A stretch of 32,000 nucleotides of DNA, from NCBI RefSeq assembly GCF_900232105.1, contig NZ_LT934425.1:2490001-2522000 (forward strand). The letters are read 5' to 3'. Every line of letters starts with the position of its first letter. Position 1 is the first letter of the stretch. Source of the DNA: Candidatus Kuenenia stuttgartensis (GTDB lineage Bacteria; Planctomycetota; Brocadiia; Brocadiales; Brocadiaceae). The position numbers and the translations under genes are program-made. Shown here one piece after another: positions 16,607 to 27,234 of the stretch. The notes under the pieces are model-generated. The model was not told the DNA's origin. It did no database searches and saw nothing but the letters and a program-made list of their open reading frames with translations.

Positions 16607-17653
16607 ATGTCAAAAAATAAAATGAAAATTCTATTTATCGGTCTTGGTGGCATAGGGCAGAGGCATTTGAGAAATATTTATGCCAAGTTTGGGGGCGATG
16701 CGACACTGCTTGCCTATCGTGTGCGGAATCTAAAGCAGGCTATAACTCCGACTCTGACCATAGATGAAAATGTTGATCTTATAGAAAAGTACTCGGTCGA
16801 TATTTTTACGGATATGGATAATGCCCTCTCTCAATTGCCAGATGTGGCCTTTATTTGCAATCCATCGAGCCTTCATATTACTTCTTGTCTAACTGTCGCT
16901 AAGGCAGGTTGCGACTTTTTTGTGGAAAAACCTCTATCAAATTCTCTCGATGGCATCGAAGAATTAGTATCCATTTGTCAATCAAAAGGACTGATAAGTT
17001 TCGTCGGCTACCAGCTTCGATTTCATCCCTGTTACAGATTGTTTAAAGAGCTTATAGCAAAGGGAACCGTTGGGAAATTATTGTCTATTCATGCTGAGGT
17101 TGGAGAATATCTGCCTGACTGGCATAAGTATGAAGATTATCGGCAGATGTATGCATCGAGAAGTGATTTAGGTGGAGGGGTAGTGCTGTCACAGATACAT
17201 GAACTGGATTATTTATATGATTTATTCGGCGTGCCAAGCAGGGTGGTTGCATTAGGGGGTCATCTAAGTAATTTAGAGATTGATGTAGAAGATGTAGCCG
17301 ATATTTTGATGGATATGACCTTTAATGGGGGGAGACTGCCTGTTTCTGTGCATATGGACTATATTCAGAAGCCTCCTTCTAGGAATTGTAAGGTAATAGG
17401 AGAATCGGGAAAGATTACTATGGATCTCACCGAACTTAAGGTGATTGTGGAAAAACCCGGTAAGGAAAAGGATATCCATGATTTTGGCGGTTTTGAACGC
17501 AACGAACTTTTTGTCAGAGAAATAGATCATTTTTTTGAATGTGTTGCTAGCCGTAAGCAACCTGTCGTAACACTTATGGATGGAACGAATAGTTTGAGGA
17601 TGGCGTTAGCAATTAAGAAATCGATGGAAACTGGAAAAATTATTGGTCTCTAA
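16607..17653 (+). CDS. Gfo/Idh/MocA-family oxidoreductase
   Basis: ILFIGLGGIGQRHLRNI...PDVAFICNPSSLHITSCLTVAKAGCDFFVEKPLS...GYQLRFHPCYR. Confidence 0.9.
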   Translation: MSKNKMKILFIGLGGIGQRHLRNIYAKFGGDATLLAYRVRNLKQAITPTLTIDENVDLIEKYSVDIFTDMDNALSQLPDVAFICNPSSLHITSCLTVAKAGCDFFVEKPLSNSLDGIEELVSICQSKGLISFVGYQLRFHPCYRLFKELIAKGTVGKLLSIHAEVGEYLPDWHKYEDYRQMYASRSDLGGGVVLSQIHELDYLYDLFGVPSRVVALGGHLSNLEIDVEDVADILMDMTFNGGRLPVSVHMDYIQKPPSRNCKVIGESGKITMDLTELKVIVEKPGKEKDIHDFGGFERNELFVREIDHFFECVASRKQPVVTLMDGTNSLRMALAIKKSMETGKIIGL

Positions 17654-18505
17654 ATGAATACGAAAAAGGTAAAAACAAAGATAAACCAGCTATTTGACCT
17701 TTCTGATCGTGTTGCGATAATTACAGGAGGCGCTGGTATGCTTGGTGAGATGCATGCCGAAGCTATCGCCGAAGCAGGAGGGTGTCCAGTTTTAGTCGAT
17801 ATTAACGAAAAAGAAGCTATAAAAAAAGCAAAAATTATTTCTGAAAAATATGATGTAGATTCAATTGGGATTAGGACAGATATCACTAATAAAACCGACG
17901 TAGAGGCAATGTTGGAAACTGTCTTAAAAAGATTTGAGCGAATTGATATTTTGATCAATAATGCAGCAAATGACCCCAAAGTAAAAGCTAATAATGAGAA
18001 TAAAGCGGGGAGCAGATTTGAGAATTTTCCACTTGAAACTTGGAATCAGGATATAGCAGTAGGATTGACCGGAGCCTTTTTATGCACTCAGATAATCGGT
18101 TCTGAAATGGCAAGGCGAAAAAGTGGCGTCATATTGAACATTTCTTCTGATCTTGGGTTAATTGCTCCAGATCAGAGAATTTATACAAAAGAAGGTTTAC
18201 CTGAAGACAAGCAACCTGTTAAGCCAGTCAGTTATCCAGTAATAAAAAGCGCTCTTATAGGACTGACACGTTATGCAGCTACTTATTGGGCTGAAAAAAA
18301 TATTAGAGTCAATGCGATATGTCCTGGCGGCGTCCAGAGCGAACAGCCGATGGATTTTTTGGAAAAATTAACTTTCAGGATTCCAATGGGCAGGATGGCA
18401 AGAAAGGATGAATATAAAGGCGCAATATTATTTCTCATCTCAGAGGCTTCTTCCTATATGACTGGTGCGGTTTTGGTTGTGGATGGGGGAAGAACATGCT
18501 GGTGA
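17654..18505 (+). CDS. Short-chain dehydrogenase/reductase (PtmA-like SDR)
   Basis: DRVAIITGGAGMLGEMHAEAIAEAGG...DILINNAANDP...NISSDLGLIAP...YPVIKSALIGLTRYAATYW...NAICPGGV. Confidence 0.9.
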   Translation: MNTKKVKTKINQLFDLSDRVAIITGGAGMLGEMHAEAIAEAGGCPVLVDINEKEAIKKAKIISEKYDVDSIGIRTDITNKTDVEAMLETVLKRFERIDILINNAANDPKVKANNENKAGSRFENFPLETWNQDIAVGLTGAFLCTQIIGSEMARRKSGVILNISSDLGLIAPDQRIYTKEGLPEDKQPVKPVSYPVIKSALIGLTRYAATYWAEKNIRVNAICPGGVQSEQPMDFLEKLTFRIPMGRMARKDEYKGAILFLISEASSYMTGAVLVVDGGRTCW

Positions 18506-19563
18506 AAAGGATTTGTGCAACAGCCTCATGTGCTATTTGTAATAATTCAGATTTTATTCGGTATCCATACAACAAGCATAATAGAATTGCCAAGAAATTC
18601 TTCAAGTATTATAAGTATTATCTCTCTCTCTTTATTTCACCTATACTGAAATTGAAAGTATTCAATCCAAATTATTATAGAATTAATTTATTAAAAAAAA
18701 GATTAATTTGGTTAAATAATTTGGCTAATTGGGCGAAGGAAGATGTTCTCTTTTCCCCTAGATTTGATATCCTGAAATGCAAAAAATGTGGATATGGGGT
18801 ATATGATAGACAATTAGATGTTAAATTCCTGCATAAATATTTCAATGATACATATTTACCCCATCCCTTCTCGATTTCATCTAACGAATATCATAATGAA
18901 AGCCTATACCTTGAGGATATTCGTGCAATAGGACAGTATAATTTTGTTAAGGATGAACTTCGACATTTTTCCAAGATTAATATGCTTGAGATTGGAGGTG
19001 GCGGGACTTTATTTCCAAGATTAGTAAGAGAAAAGCATCAAGGACAAGTATTTATAAATGTAGTTGAGGCAAATGATTTTTGGGTACCATATTACAATGA
19101 ATTAGGTATAAAATTAATAGCAAAATTTTTCCCTGAAGGCGAAATAGATCAAAAATTTAACTACATCCATGTTTCCTTTTGTCTTGAATATGTCTATGAT
19201 TTGTTTGGTGCGATAAACAAGTTAAGGTATATGTTGACAGAAGATGGGCTGCTTTTTATAGCTGTGCCAAATTGCAATTCTGATTGGTATTCATTAGATC
19301 TTACTGACACGCCGCGTATTCATTTTTTCGCAAAGGAATCCTTGGCTAACCTCATGGAAAATTATCATTTTAAGGTATTATCGCTTCAAGAATATGGATT
19401 AACCCATTACGAACAATGTATGAGGGAAAGAGCCCCTAATAATTTCGATGAAAAAATACTTGAGGAAGCAAATATTTCTATAAGGGAAAATACCCCTCGC
19501 GCAGACGGAAATTGTTTGAGAGGGTTGTTTACTTTAAAAAACCATTCATTATTTGATGTATAG
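18496..19563 (+). CDS. Class I SAM-dependent methyltransferase with N-terminal CxxC motifs
   Basis: CAICNNSDFIRYPY...ILKCKKCGYGVYDR...INMLEIGGGGTLFPRLV...DGLLFIAVPN. Confidence 0.75.
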   Translation: MLVKRICATASCAICNNSDFIRYPYNKHNRIAKKFFKYYKYYLSLFISPILKLKVFNPNYYRINLLKKRLIWLNNLANWAKEDVLFSPRFDILKCKKCGYGVYDRQLDVKFLHKYFNDTYLPHPFSISSNEYHNESLYLEDIRAIGQYNFVKDELRHFSKINMLEIGGGGTLFPRLVREKHQGQVFINVVEANDFWVPYYNELGIKLIAKFFPEGEIDQKFNYIHVSFCLEYVYDLFGAINKLRYMLTEDGLLFIAVPNCNSDWYSLDLTDTPRIHFFAKESLANLMENYHFKVLSLQEYGLTHYEQCMRERAPNNFDEKILEEANISIRENTPRADGNCLRGLFTLKNHSLFDV

Positions 19564-19762
19564 GCTGGATGGAGCAAAATTTATAATGTTATATAGGAAA
19601 AGAAGCTGTTAATCGATATATAACTATTATATGAATGAAAACATTACAAACTTTTACAATGTCAACTTTAAACAAGATGCGAGCTTTCGAGGTGCTAGAC
19701 ATATTTAATATAAAAATTTTACTATTTCCTTTGTTTTAAGTCTATCTGGAGTTTCGGATTTA

Positions 19763-21091
19763 ATGCTATTGAAGACCGATAAAGAGACAAAAAAGGTAAT
19801 ATTTTTCTGCCCTGGCCCTGAGTATTTGTTTTATAACACTGGTATTTATTGTCTTTGGGAATTGTCACGCTCCTATTCAGTTGTTTTGCTATTAGATTTT
19901 CCATACCATGATTTAAACAAACTAGAGAAGTTGAAAGAAAAAGGAATAGTGCAAGATTATATATACATTTTTTTTAATCCGACAACGCACTTAAAACTAT
20001 TTAAAATGTTTAAAAGGCATTGGCATTACTATCGGGTATGCAGATTTATTTTTGCCAAATATCAACCTACCGCGATCATTCAGCACAATGATTACGATCC
20101 ACTAAATATTTATTGGTTCAAAGAAGCCTCCTTTCGAAAGTGTAAAAGAATAAGGTTTAATGCTAGCCATTCGCCTGATGATCCAAATCGTGATATTCAA
20201 AGGATGCAGCTTATGCATATAAACAGCCTGCAAAATAAATTTAAAATCCCGTATTGGCTGGCATTTCTCTTTCACTATTTTAATCATATTACGTCATATT
20301 ATTTTGGTTATTATATAGTGCCTTTCGTAATTACAGGTCGTGTTTTTAAGCCAAGCATAAGATCCTTTCCAATTAAAAAGAAATGGTATAATAAAAAAAT
20401 AAATTATTATGAACATAGCATTGCTTATTCAGAAAAAGAAAAGAAAGGTTTAGTGGTTTATTGTGGAGAACCAGCGACTGCAATAAGAAATCCTTTATAT
20501 GATATTCAGGAGGATGTATTTTTCTGCCTTTACGGGCCAATAGAGGAAATGAATACAATTCTTATTTTGCTAACTGCCTCCGAAATGCAATATATAGCGA
20601 AAGCGAAGGATATGCCGCAGGAGGACGTAATTCAGTTCTTTTTTGATAGGTGGTCAGAGGCCATTGATATTTTAAAGAACAAATTCATTAATTATAAAAT
20701 ATTCTTGAAATTGAAACCCGGCCAATCAAGAGATATTCAGTTCCAATATAATGAACTTGCCAAACGCCTTTTAGAGCATAATGGGCATATCTCTATTATC
20801 CCGAGTGAAGAAAACACCCAAAAATTAATACTTGAAGCAAAAATTATTGTAACCAGTTATTCCTCTGTTCTATGGTGGGCCAATCATCTTAAAACTAAGA
20901 AAATCTTAATCAGCCTTGATATATTTGATATACCGGAGGGTGACCTTTTCTCAAATACAGAGGGTATTTGCTATTTTGATAGCTTAGAAGCATTGGCTAA
21001 GTATGACTTTTCAAAAGTTTCACAAAAAAGGAAAAGTATTTTGCCGGAACTTACATTGACAGCGTTTATGAAAAAACATGTTGGGGTTTGA
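19763..21091 (+). CDS. Hypothetical protein, probable glycan/teichoic-type polymer transferase
   Basis: 442 aa with VIFFCPGPEYLFYN... and VTSYSSVLWWANHLKTKKILISLDIF; layout resembles GT-B/CDP-glycerol transferase-like proteins; weak by-eye call. Confidence 0.45.
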   Translation: MLLKTDKETKKVIFFCPGPEYLFYNTGIYCLWELSRSYSVVLLLDFPYHDLNKLEKLKEKGIVQDYIYIFFNPTTHLKLFKMFKRHWHYYRVCRFIFAKYQPTAIIQHNDYDPLNIYWFKEASFRKCKRIRFNASHSPDDPNRDIQRMQLMHINSLQNKFKIPYWLAFLFHYFNHITSYYFGYYIVPFVITGRVFKPSIRSFPIKKKWYNKKINYYEHSIAYSEKEKKGLVVYCGEPATAIRNPLYDIQEDVFFCLYGPIEEMNTILILLTASEMQYIAKAKDMPQEDVIQFFFDRWSEAIDILKNKFINYKIFLKLKPGQSRDIQFQYNELAKRLLEHNGHISIIPSEENTQKLILEAKIIVTSYSSVLWWANHLKTKKILISLDIFDIPEGDLFSNTEGICYFDSLEALAKYDFSKVSQKRKSILPELTLTAFMKKHVGV

Positions 21092-21116
21092 ATTTTATAA
21101 CGGATGGTAAGATAAT

Positions 21117-22097
21117 ATGTTTGAAGATTTACTTTCAGTAAAAAAGCCTAAAATATCGATACTGACTCCATCATTAAACCATGGTAGGTTTTTGGTTGAT
21201 ACAATAGAATCTATTCTCAGTCAATCCTACAGAAATTTTGAGCATATTGTTTTTGATGGAGGTTCAACAGATAATACTATTGAAATTTTGAAGAAATATC
21301 CGCATATCCGGTGGATTTCTGAGAAAGAAGACAACATAGTTCAGGCATTTAGAAGAGGATTGGATATGGCTAAGGGAGAATATGTCATGCAATGCTGCGT
21401 TTCAGACGGCTACCTAAATAAAGACTGGTTTAAACATTGCGTGGAGATATTGGATTCAGATGAGGAAGTTTCTCTGGTGTGGGGATTACCACAATATATG
21501 ACAGAGGATGGCTACCTTCGCAATATTTCATATGTAGAATTTTTTAATGATCATCCTCCCCAGAAGATGGACTTCTTTCCTTTTTGGTTAGCTACAGGGT
21601 TTTGGTATCCAGAAGGAAATTATTGCGTTTCCCGAAGGGTTTTTGATATATGCCTTCCCAAAGATGACCCTAGAGATCCTTTTATAGATCATTTGCATAT
21701 GGGATTTATTTATAATTTTAATGCCCTTGGCTACCTTCCTTATTTTCTTCCTGTAATTGCAAATTATGGCAGAACGCACGAAGATTCAAGAGGGAAGCGG
21801 TTATCTAATATAGAAATGCCTATTATGGATAGATATTATAGGTATGTAAAAGATTATAAAAATAAATTTCTCAAAGGAAGTAGCATTCATGTTTTTAAAA
21901 ACAGAGTGTCTACAATATTGAAGGAAGTTACTCATGCTGAGATTAGAAAATGTAGGTGGAAAATACTGAGATATCGCATTATTAACTCAAGATGTGTTCG
22001 GACTGATATTTATACTATGCAAAAAAAGTTACGTAAGAAAATAAAGGACAAACAACTATTAAGTTCCATTAAAAAGTTTTATAGCACTTTTTTTTGA
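21117..22097 (+). CDS. Family 2 glycosyltransferase
   Basis: PKISILTPSLNHGRFLVDTIESILSQSYRNFEHIVFDGGSTDNTIEILKKYPHIRWISEKEDNIVQAFRRGLDMAKGEYVMQ. Confidence 0.92.
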   Translation: MFEDLLSVKKPKISILTPSLNHGRFLVDTIESILSQSYRNFEHIVFDGGSTDNTIEILKKYPHIRWISEKEDNIVQAFRRGLDMAKGEYVMQCCVSDGYLNKDWFKHCVEILDSDEEVSLVWGLPQYMTEDGYLRNISYVEFFNDHPPQKMDFFPFWLATGFWYPEGNYCVSRRVFDICLPKDDPRDPFIDHLHMGFIYNFNALGYLPYFLPVIANYGRTHEDSRGKRLSNIEMPIMDRYYRYVKDYKNKFLKGSSIHVFKNRVSTILKEVTHAEIRKCRWKILRYRIINSRCVRTDIYTMQKKLRKKIKDKQLLSSIKKFYSTFF

Positions 22098-22131
22098 AGG
22101 TTATAGGAATATTTTTACGTGGCAAAACACA

Positions 22132-22896
22132 TTGAATAAGATTTTTAAAAAAACGAAATATAACTTGAAAGAAATTTTTTTTAAAATTTTCTTAAAATCT
22201 CTAAAAACAACAAATATAGAAAAACGTGAAGAATGGTTGAAGAAGACACTAAAAAAAATTCCAGATGGTTCTCGTATTCTTGATGCTGGTGCAGGAGAGC
22301 AGCAGTACAGGTGCTTCTGTACCCACCTAAACTATGTAGCTCAGGATTTTGCTCAGTATGACGGCAAGGGCAATGATGCAGGGCTACAGATGGGAAATTG
22401 GAATCAATCCAACCTCGACATCATTTCTGATATTACAGCAATTCCAGAACCAGACGCCTCTTTTGATGCCATAATGTGTGTGGAGGTACTTGAACATCTA
22501 ACTGATCCCATTAAAGCAATTCATGAGTTTGCTCGCTTACTCAAACCAGGTGGACGTTTGATTTTAACCGCGCCTTTTTGTAGCCTGACGCATTTTGCCC
22601 CTTTCCATTTTTATAGTGGATTTAACCGCTATTTTTACCAAAAATGGTTGAAAGAACTTGGGTTTGATATTGTTGAGATAGTGCCAAACGGCAACTACTT
22701 TGAATTTCTCCAACAAGAAATTATGCGATTAAATCTTATGTCACTAGAATATGCAACAAAAGCTAAATCATTAAGTATGATTGAATATTTTGCTATATGG
22801 AAAATACTGCGAACATTAAAACGTTTGTCCAAAAATGATAACGGTTCAAATGAAGTCTTGTGTTATGGGTATCATGTCCTTGCTACTAAAAGGTAA
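22132..22896 (+). CDS. Class I SAM-dependent methyltransferase
   Basis: RILDAGAGEQQYRCFCTHLNYVAQDF...FDAIMCVEVLEHLTDPIKAIHEFARLLKPGGRLILTAPF. Confidence 0.9.
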   Translation: MNKIFKKTKYNLKEIFFKIFLKSLKTTNIEKREEWLKKTLKKIPDGSRILDAGAGEQQYRCFCTHLNYVAQDFAQYDGKGNDAGLQMGNWNQSNLDIISDITAIPEPDASFDAIMCVEVLEHLTDPIKAIHEFARLLKPGGRLILTAPFCSLTHFAPFHFYSGFNRYFYQKWLKELGFDIVEIVPNGNYFEFLQQEIMRLNLMSLEYATKAKSLSMIEYFAIWKILRTLKRLSKNDNGSNEVLCYGYHVLATKR

Positions 22897-22912
22897 TTAA
22901 TAAAACGGATAA

Positions 22913-24112
22913 TTGATGAACCTTAAGAGTAAAATAAAAAAAATTCAATTCTTATATACTATAAATGCATATTGGAAGGCAAAACAAACAAAAAGAAATT
23001 ACGCAACTATAAAAAAATATTATGAGGTTCTTTCTGCCGAAAGAAAAATCATATATCAGGAAAATAATATTCCAAATCAGTTGGCTGATTCTTTTAGTGA
23101 AAGAAATATCAAGATAAGGCCATTACCAAAAGGGAATTTAAGAATTATCTATGTAGGAACAGATGAGGGGCAAGATTTTGGAGGGATTATACAGGGTTTA
23201 CGAAAGTTCGGAGAGGTTATTGCTTTTGATCAAAAATCTGGTCTATATGGACAAATGCTTTTTGATAAAAAGGGAGTAGATGTTGCCCAAATTAACGGAA
23301 AACGACTAATGGCAATTGTCCATGACAACATTAATTCATATCCTTTGCACGTTGTTATCGGCCAGATGTGGGGCGGGACAATGGATTCCAGTATATTGCA
23401 AGCTGTGAGAAATATGGGAATCCCAGTTGTCAATATTTCTATGGATGATAGGCATGCATTTCGATTGAGAAAAGTTGATGGCAAATGGATGGGAACATCC
23501 GGTCTTATTGGGGCAGTAGATCTTGTCTGTACAACAGCAAAGGAATGTTGCTTATGGTATCAAACAGAGGGTTGTCCAGCTATTTACTTACCGGAGGCAA
23601 GTGATCCAGAGTTATATAAGCCAGGTACTGTTACAAAGGAGTACGATGTCTGTTTTGTGGGAGCAAATTATGGGATTAGACGTAAAATTGTTAAGGCTAT
23701 CGAGAAAAAAGGTATCAGAGTTACATCTTATGGGAATGGCTGGCCAAATGGGAGGATAGATGTAAAAATATTACCGGAAATTTTTTCTAAGTCCCGCGTA
23801 GTATTAGGTGTAGGCACTATTGGTCATTGTACAGATTTCTATTCGTTGAAGATGCGGGATTTTGACGGGCCGATGTCAGGGAGTTTTTATTTAACTCATG
23901 ATAATCCTGATTTATATGAGCTTTATGATATAGGGAAGGAAATAGTAACTTATCGTAATCCCGAAGAATGCGTTAATAAAGTTGAATATTATCTTACACA
24001 TCCTGATGAAAGGGAAACCATTGCTAAAGCTGGGAAGGAAAAGGCTATAAAGAACCATACATGGGAGAAAAGATTTGATAAGGTATTACGAGTCGTTGGA
24101 ATTATTAAATAG
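22913..24112 (+). CDS. CgeB-like glycosyltransferase
   Basis: YDVCFVGANYGIRRKIVKAIEKKGIRVTSYGNGWPNG...KMRDFDGPMSGSFYLTHDNPDLYELYDIGKEIVTYRNPEEC. Confidence 0.75.
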   Translation: MMNLKSKIKKIQFLYTINAYWKAKQTKRNYATIKKYYEVLSAERKIIYQENNIPNQLADSFSERNIKIRPLPKGNLRIIYVGTDEGQDFGGIIQGLRKFGEVIAFDQKSGLYGQMLFDKKGVDVAQINGKRLMAIVHDNINSYPLHVVIGQMWGGTMDSSILQAVRNMGIPVVNISMDDRHAFRLRKVDGKWMGTSGLIGAVDLVCTTAKECCLWYQTEGCPAIYLPEASDPELYKPGTVTKEYDVCFVGANYGIRRKIVKAIEKKGIRVTSYGNGWPNGRIDVKILPEIFSKSRVVLGVGTIGHCTDFYSLKMRDFDGPMSGSFYLTHDNPDLYELYDIGKEIVTYRNPEECVNKVEYYLTHPDERETIAKAGKEKAIKNHTWEKRFDKVLRVVGIIK

Positions 24113-24132
24113 AAAAATACAGGGATTTATTA

Positions 24133-25128
24133 ATGCCTAAAGTTCCTTTAATAAGTGTAGTAATGCCGGTATACAACTGTGAGCAGTATGTACGAGAGGC
24201 AATAGAGAGTATTCTTCACCAAACGTTTCAAGAGTTTGAATTTATAATTATAAATGACGGTTCAACTGATCAGACACCAGAAATATTAAATGAGTATGCA
24301 AAAAAAGATATTAGGATAAAAGTAATAAATCAACTTAATAGTGGTATAGTTGTAGCTCTTAACAGAGGCTTATTTGAATCGAAAAGTGAATGGATATTCA
24401 GAATGGATGGAGACGATATTGCTTTGCCCCATCGGTTTGCAGTTCAGATAAAGGCAATTGAGAAAAATCCTTCTTTAATTCTTCTTGGTGGATGGTGTCA
24501 GCAAATTAATACAAAAGGAGTTTTTTTAAAGGTTAATAAATATCCTTCTCATCATAATAAACTAATACACAATTTAGAGGCACATAACCAGTTTTTTCCA
24601 CATCCAACTGCATGTTTTCGCCGTGGAGTAGTTATGAAATTAGAAGGATATAGAGAAAGATTTCGTCATGCAGAAGATATTGATTTGTGGTTTAGAATGG
24701 TAGGACATGGTCAATTTGCTTGTTGTGACGATGTAATACTTTGTTTAAGAAAACATGAAAAGAATATATCTGATTTTGATTTTGGCAGAATTCAACAGGT
24801 GAAAGCTGTTGCTGCATTTATATGTAATTTTCAACGCAAATATAGACGTTTTGATCCATCGCAGATGAATGAAAAAAACTGGCAGGAATTTTTGTTTTGG
24901 ATTGAAAATGAAATGGACTCAAATGGATACTTTCGAAAAATGCGAGGAATGGATGCATTAAGAAAAGTCTGGTACTCCAAACCAGGAACAAATATGTTAA
25001 AAAGGGGGGTATCTGTAGTCCGTGAACTAATTCGCAATCCTGTAGCCAGGAAAATTATTTGGAAGCAATTTGGGAATAGCAATTTTATTCTAAAATTAGC
25101 AAAGAGAAGCGAAGAAGCATTGAAGTAA
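24133..25128 (+). CDS. Family 2 glycosyltransferase
   Basis: LISVVMPVYNCEQYVREAIESILHQTFQEFEFIIINDGSTDQTPEIL...WIFRMDGDDIALPHRF. Confidence 0.95.
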   Translation: MPKVPLISVVMPVYNCEQYVREAIESILHQTFQEFEFIIINDGSTDQTPEILNEYAKKDIRIKVINQLNSGIVVALNRGLFESKSEWIFRMDGDDIALPHRFAVQIKAIEKNPSLILLGGWCQQINTKGVFLKVNKYPSHHNKLIHNLEAHNQFFPHPTACFRRGVVMKLEGYRERFRHAEDIDLWFRMVGHGQFACCDDVILCLRKHEKNISDFDFGRIQQVKAVAAFICNFQRKYRRFDPSQMNEKNWQEFLFWIENEMDSNGYFRKMRGMDALRKVWYSKPGTNMLKRGVSVVRELIRNPVARKIIWKQFGNSNFILKLAKRSEEALK

Positions 25129-25209
25129 ATGAAAGATATAAAAGCAACAAATTTGTAAGTTGTCAGATAGTGTTGTGTCTCTTTAACCGTGCAGTTATCA
25201 CAAATATTG

Positions 25210-26346
25210 TTAAACCGCACTTTCAAAAACTCTTAATGTATTTTTTACTGCATTTTCCCATGAAAAATTTTCTGCCCTTTTTAATGAAATTTTTTTCAAT
25301 GTTAAAATTAAATTCTTATCTGTTATTGTTCTGCATATTGTATCTGCCATGGTAATAGGATTCATAGGGTCGAAGTATACAGCAGCGTTTCCGCACATCT
25401 CCGGCATGGGTTCTATATTAGAAGATAGTATTGGAGCGCCACAAGCCATTGCCTCTATTAAAATATTTGGGCAATTCTCACAGGTAGAAGGGTAAACAAA
25501 AAGTAAACACGAAGCATAAAGAAAAGGAAGCTCCTCGTACGACACCTCTCCCAGAAATAAGACCCTTTCTTCAAATTTCCTTTCTCGTATAAATCGCATC
25601 ATTTCATCATAATAACCATCATCAAAACATCTCCCCACTAATACAAGTTTTATCTCATTATCTATTTTGTTACAGATTAGTGAGAATGCCTTTATAAGCT
25701 CAAAAAAGTTCTTATAACGATGGATATTTGAAACATAAAGTATAAATTTACTAAGATTATATTTGTTGCCTATTTGTTGTTTTTTATCTAAATCAACGTT
25801 TTCATGAAATAATTCTTCATTCTTTCCATGATATATGAGATTGGCATGCTTTAAAGAAAGCCCAAGATTCTTCATATCGTGAATCGCCTTTTTTGATATA
25901 AATATTACCTTTTTTGCTCTCTTGATGGATGCTATAGTTAATAATTTTAGGAGTTTTAGTCTGTACTTTTGAATTTTACGTTCGGCATCAATAATTGCAT
26001 CGTCGAATGGGGCAAGATTTTGTATCATGACAACATTTGGTATCGTTGAAAAAAGAGGGCATATATTCCCAGGAGAAAAAAGAACATCAACGCCTTCTTT
26101 TTTCAGGATAAAAGGCAAGATTAATTGTTCCCACAAAATGCGTAATAGAGGATTTCTTGAGGCCATTCTAAAAGATAAAAATGTAAAATCGGGGTGTTGA
26201 AAATAAAATACATCTTTTCCTTTGAGTGTTGTGAGTATAAGAAATTGATGGTGAGTGTTTATTTTTGACAAATACGTTAAGAGATTTTTTATATAGGTGA
26301 CACCTCCGCCGGCAACGGCAGATGTCGTATTAATGGCTATTTTCAT
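25210..26346 (-). CDS. Glycosyltransferase family 4/1-type
   Basis: MKIAINTTSAVAGGGVTYIKNLL...FILYVSNIHRYKNFFELIKAF...EEVSYEELPFLYASCLLFVYPSTCENCPNILIEAMACGAPI; convergent with the upstream cluster. Confidence 0.9.
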   Translation of the reverse strand: MKIAINTTSAVAGGGVTYIKNLLTYLSKINTHHQFLILTTLKGKDVFYFQHPDFTFLSFRMASRNPLLRILWEQLILPFILKKEGVDVLFSPGNICPLFSTIPNVVMIQNLAPFDDAIIDAERKIQKYRLKLLKLLTIASIKRAKKVIFISKKAIHDMKNLGLSLKHANLIYHGKNEELFHENVDLDKKQQIGNKYNLSKFILYVSNIHRYKNFFELIKAFSLICNKIDNEIKLVLVGRCFDDGYYDEMMRFIRERKFEERVLFLGEVSYEELPFLYASCLLFVYPSTCENCPNILIEAMACGAPILSSNIEPMPEMCGNAAVYFDPMNPITMADTICRTITDKNLILTLKKISLKRAENFSWENAVKNTLRVFESAV

Positions 26347-26855
26347 GTAATATTAATCCATTAGGACACGGATAAATACTGATAAACGCGGATTATATAA
26401 CATTCCCGTATCTGAAACAACGAATAAAATATTGTGTGACAGTTCTGTTTACCGCAGAGAAAGCGGAGACTTAGTCGCGAGTCTTCGGTGTGAGCGCAGA
26501 CGAACACTCAGTTGAACGATCGCAGAGGCAGCAAGGTAGGTAATGGTTCACCAGGCGCAAAGGTAGTATTTTAATTTTTCTTTGCGTCTCTTATTATAAG
26601 GAGTATAACCTATAATTATCCGTCGGAGGAGCTTGAAGAAGAAATCAGGAAAGATTTAAATACTTTAAAGAATGTGATAAATTAAAAGATAAAGGTTGCT
26701 GGCTTGTCAGTTTTAGTAAATATCGTTGTCCCTGTTTTCCAATGTTGCTGAGGCACTTAGACATGCATGGCTTGTGTAAAGTAAATATGTCAGCTATGAA
26801 CATTGGAGTGTCAAGATTCAAGATCTGACCCTCGGTACTGTCATATCAGATGGAA

Positions 26856-27032
26856 AGCGATGATAATGCAGTAATAAACGGCATACGTCAGAATACAAAA
26901 ACCGGCAGACCTTGCGGTGGCAAGTCTTTTATAAAAAAAGAGATTAATGGCATTATCAAAGGGAAGACCGCCAAAGAAAAAATAAATGGTTGCCATCCCT
27001 ATTATTCCCTCATATCGATAGGTGTATAATGC
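26856..27032 (+). pseudogene. C-terminal remnant of a second RAYT/IS200-like transposase
   Basis: In-frame SDDNAVINGIRQNTKTGRPCGGKSFIKKEINGIIKGKTAKEK resembles the (L/I)R..T.TGRP.G..SFI..IE...G+ C-terminus of such proteins. Confidence 0.55.
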
Positions 27033-27053
27033 CTTGCTGAGAAGGGAGCAGGA

Positions 27054-27165
27054 AAGCCGTATGAGGGAAAAACCTCACGTAAGGTTTGATGAGAAGATGC
27101 TGGAAATAGGGTATGGTTGAGATGGTGTGTGACACTCTCAGAGGAAACGGAGAGAAACAGGGAAC
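27054..27165 (+). ncRNA. Group II intron 3'-end remnant (domain V/VI-like)
   Basis: aagccgtatgagggaaaaacctcacgtaaggttt folds like domain V: AGC triad at base, upper helix tgagg/cctca, 2-nt bulge cg; followed by a D6-like segment. No intact RT directly upstream. Confidence 0.5.
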
Positions 27166-27234
27166 ACAAATCTTAACCTGTAGCCACTACATCAGTGTTT
27201 TGCTTTACATTTAATAAGGAAGATTGTTAAAGAT

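Noticed and set aside
25129-25209. Rho-independent terminator between the convergent glycosyltransferase genes
   Set aside because: No clear GC-rich stem followed by a T-run on either strand; not supported.
26401-26850. Possible genes or tRNA in the gap after the last glycosyltransferase
   Set aside because: No supported ORF and no convincing tRNA cloverleaf by eye; left as noncoding, possibly degraded sequence.
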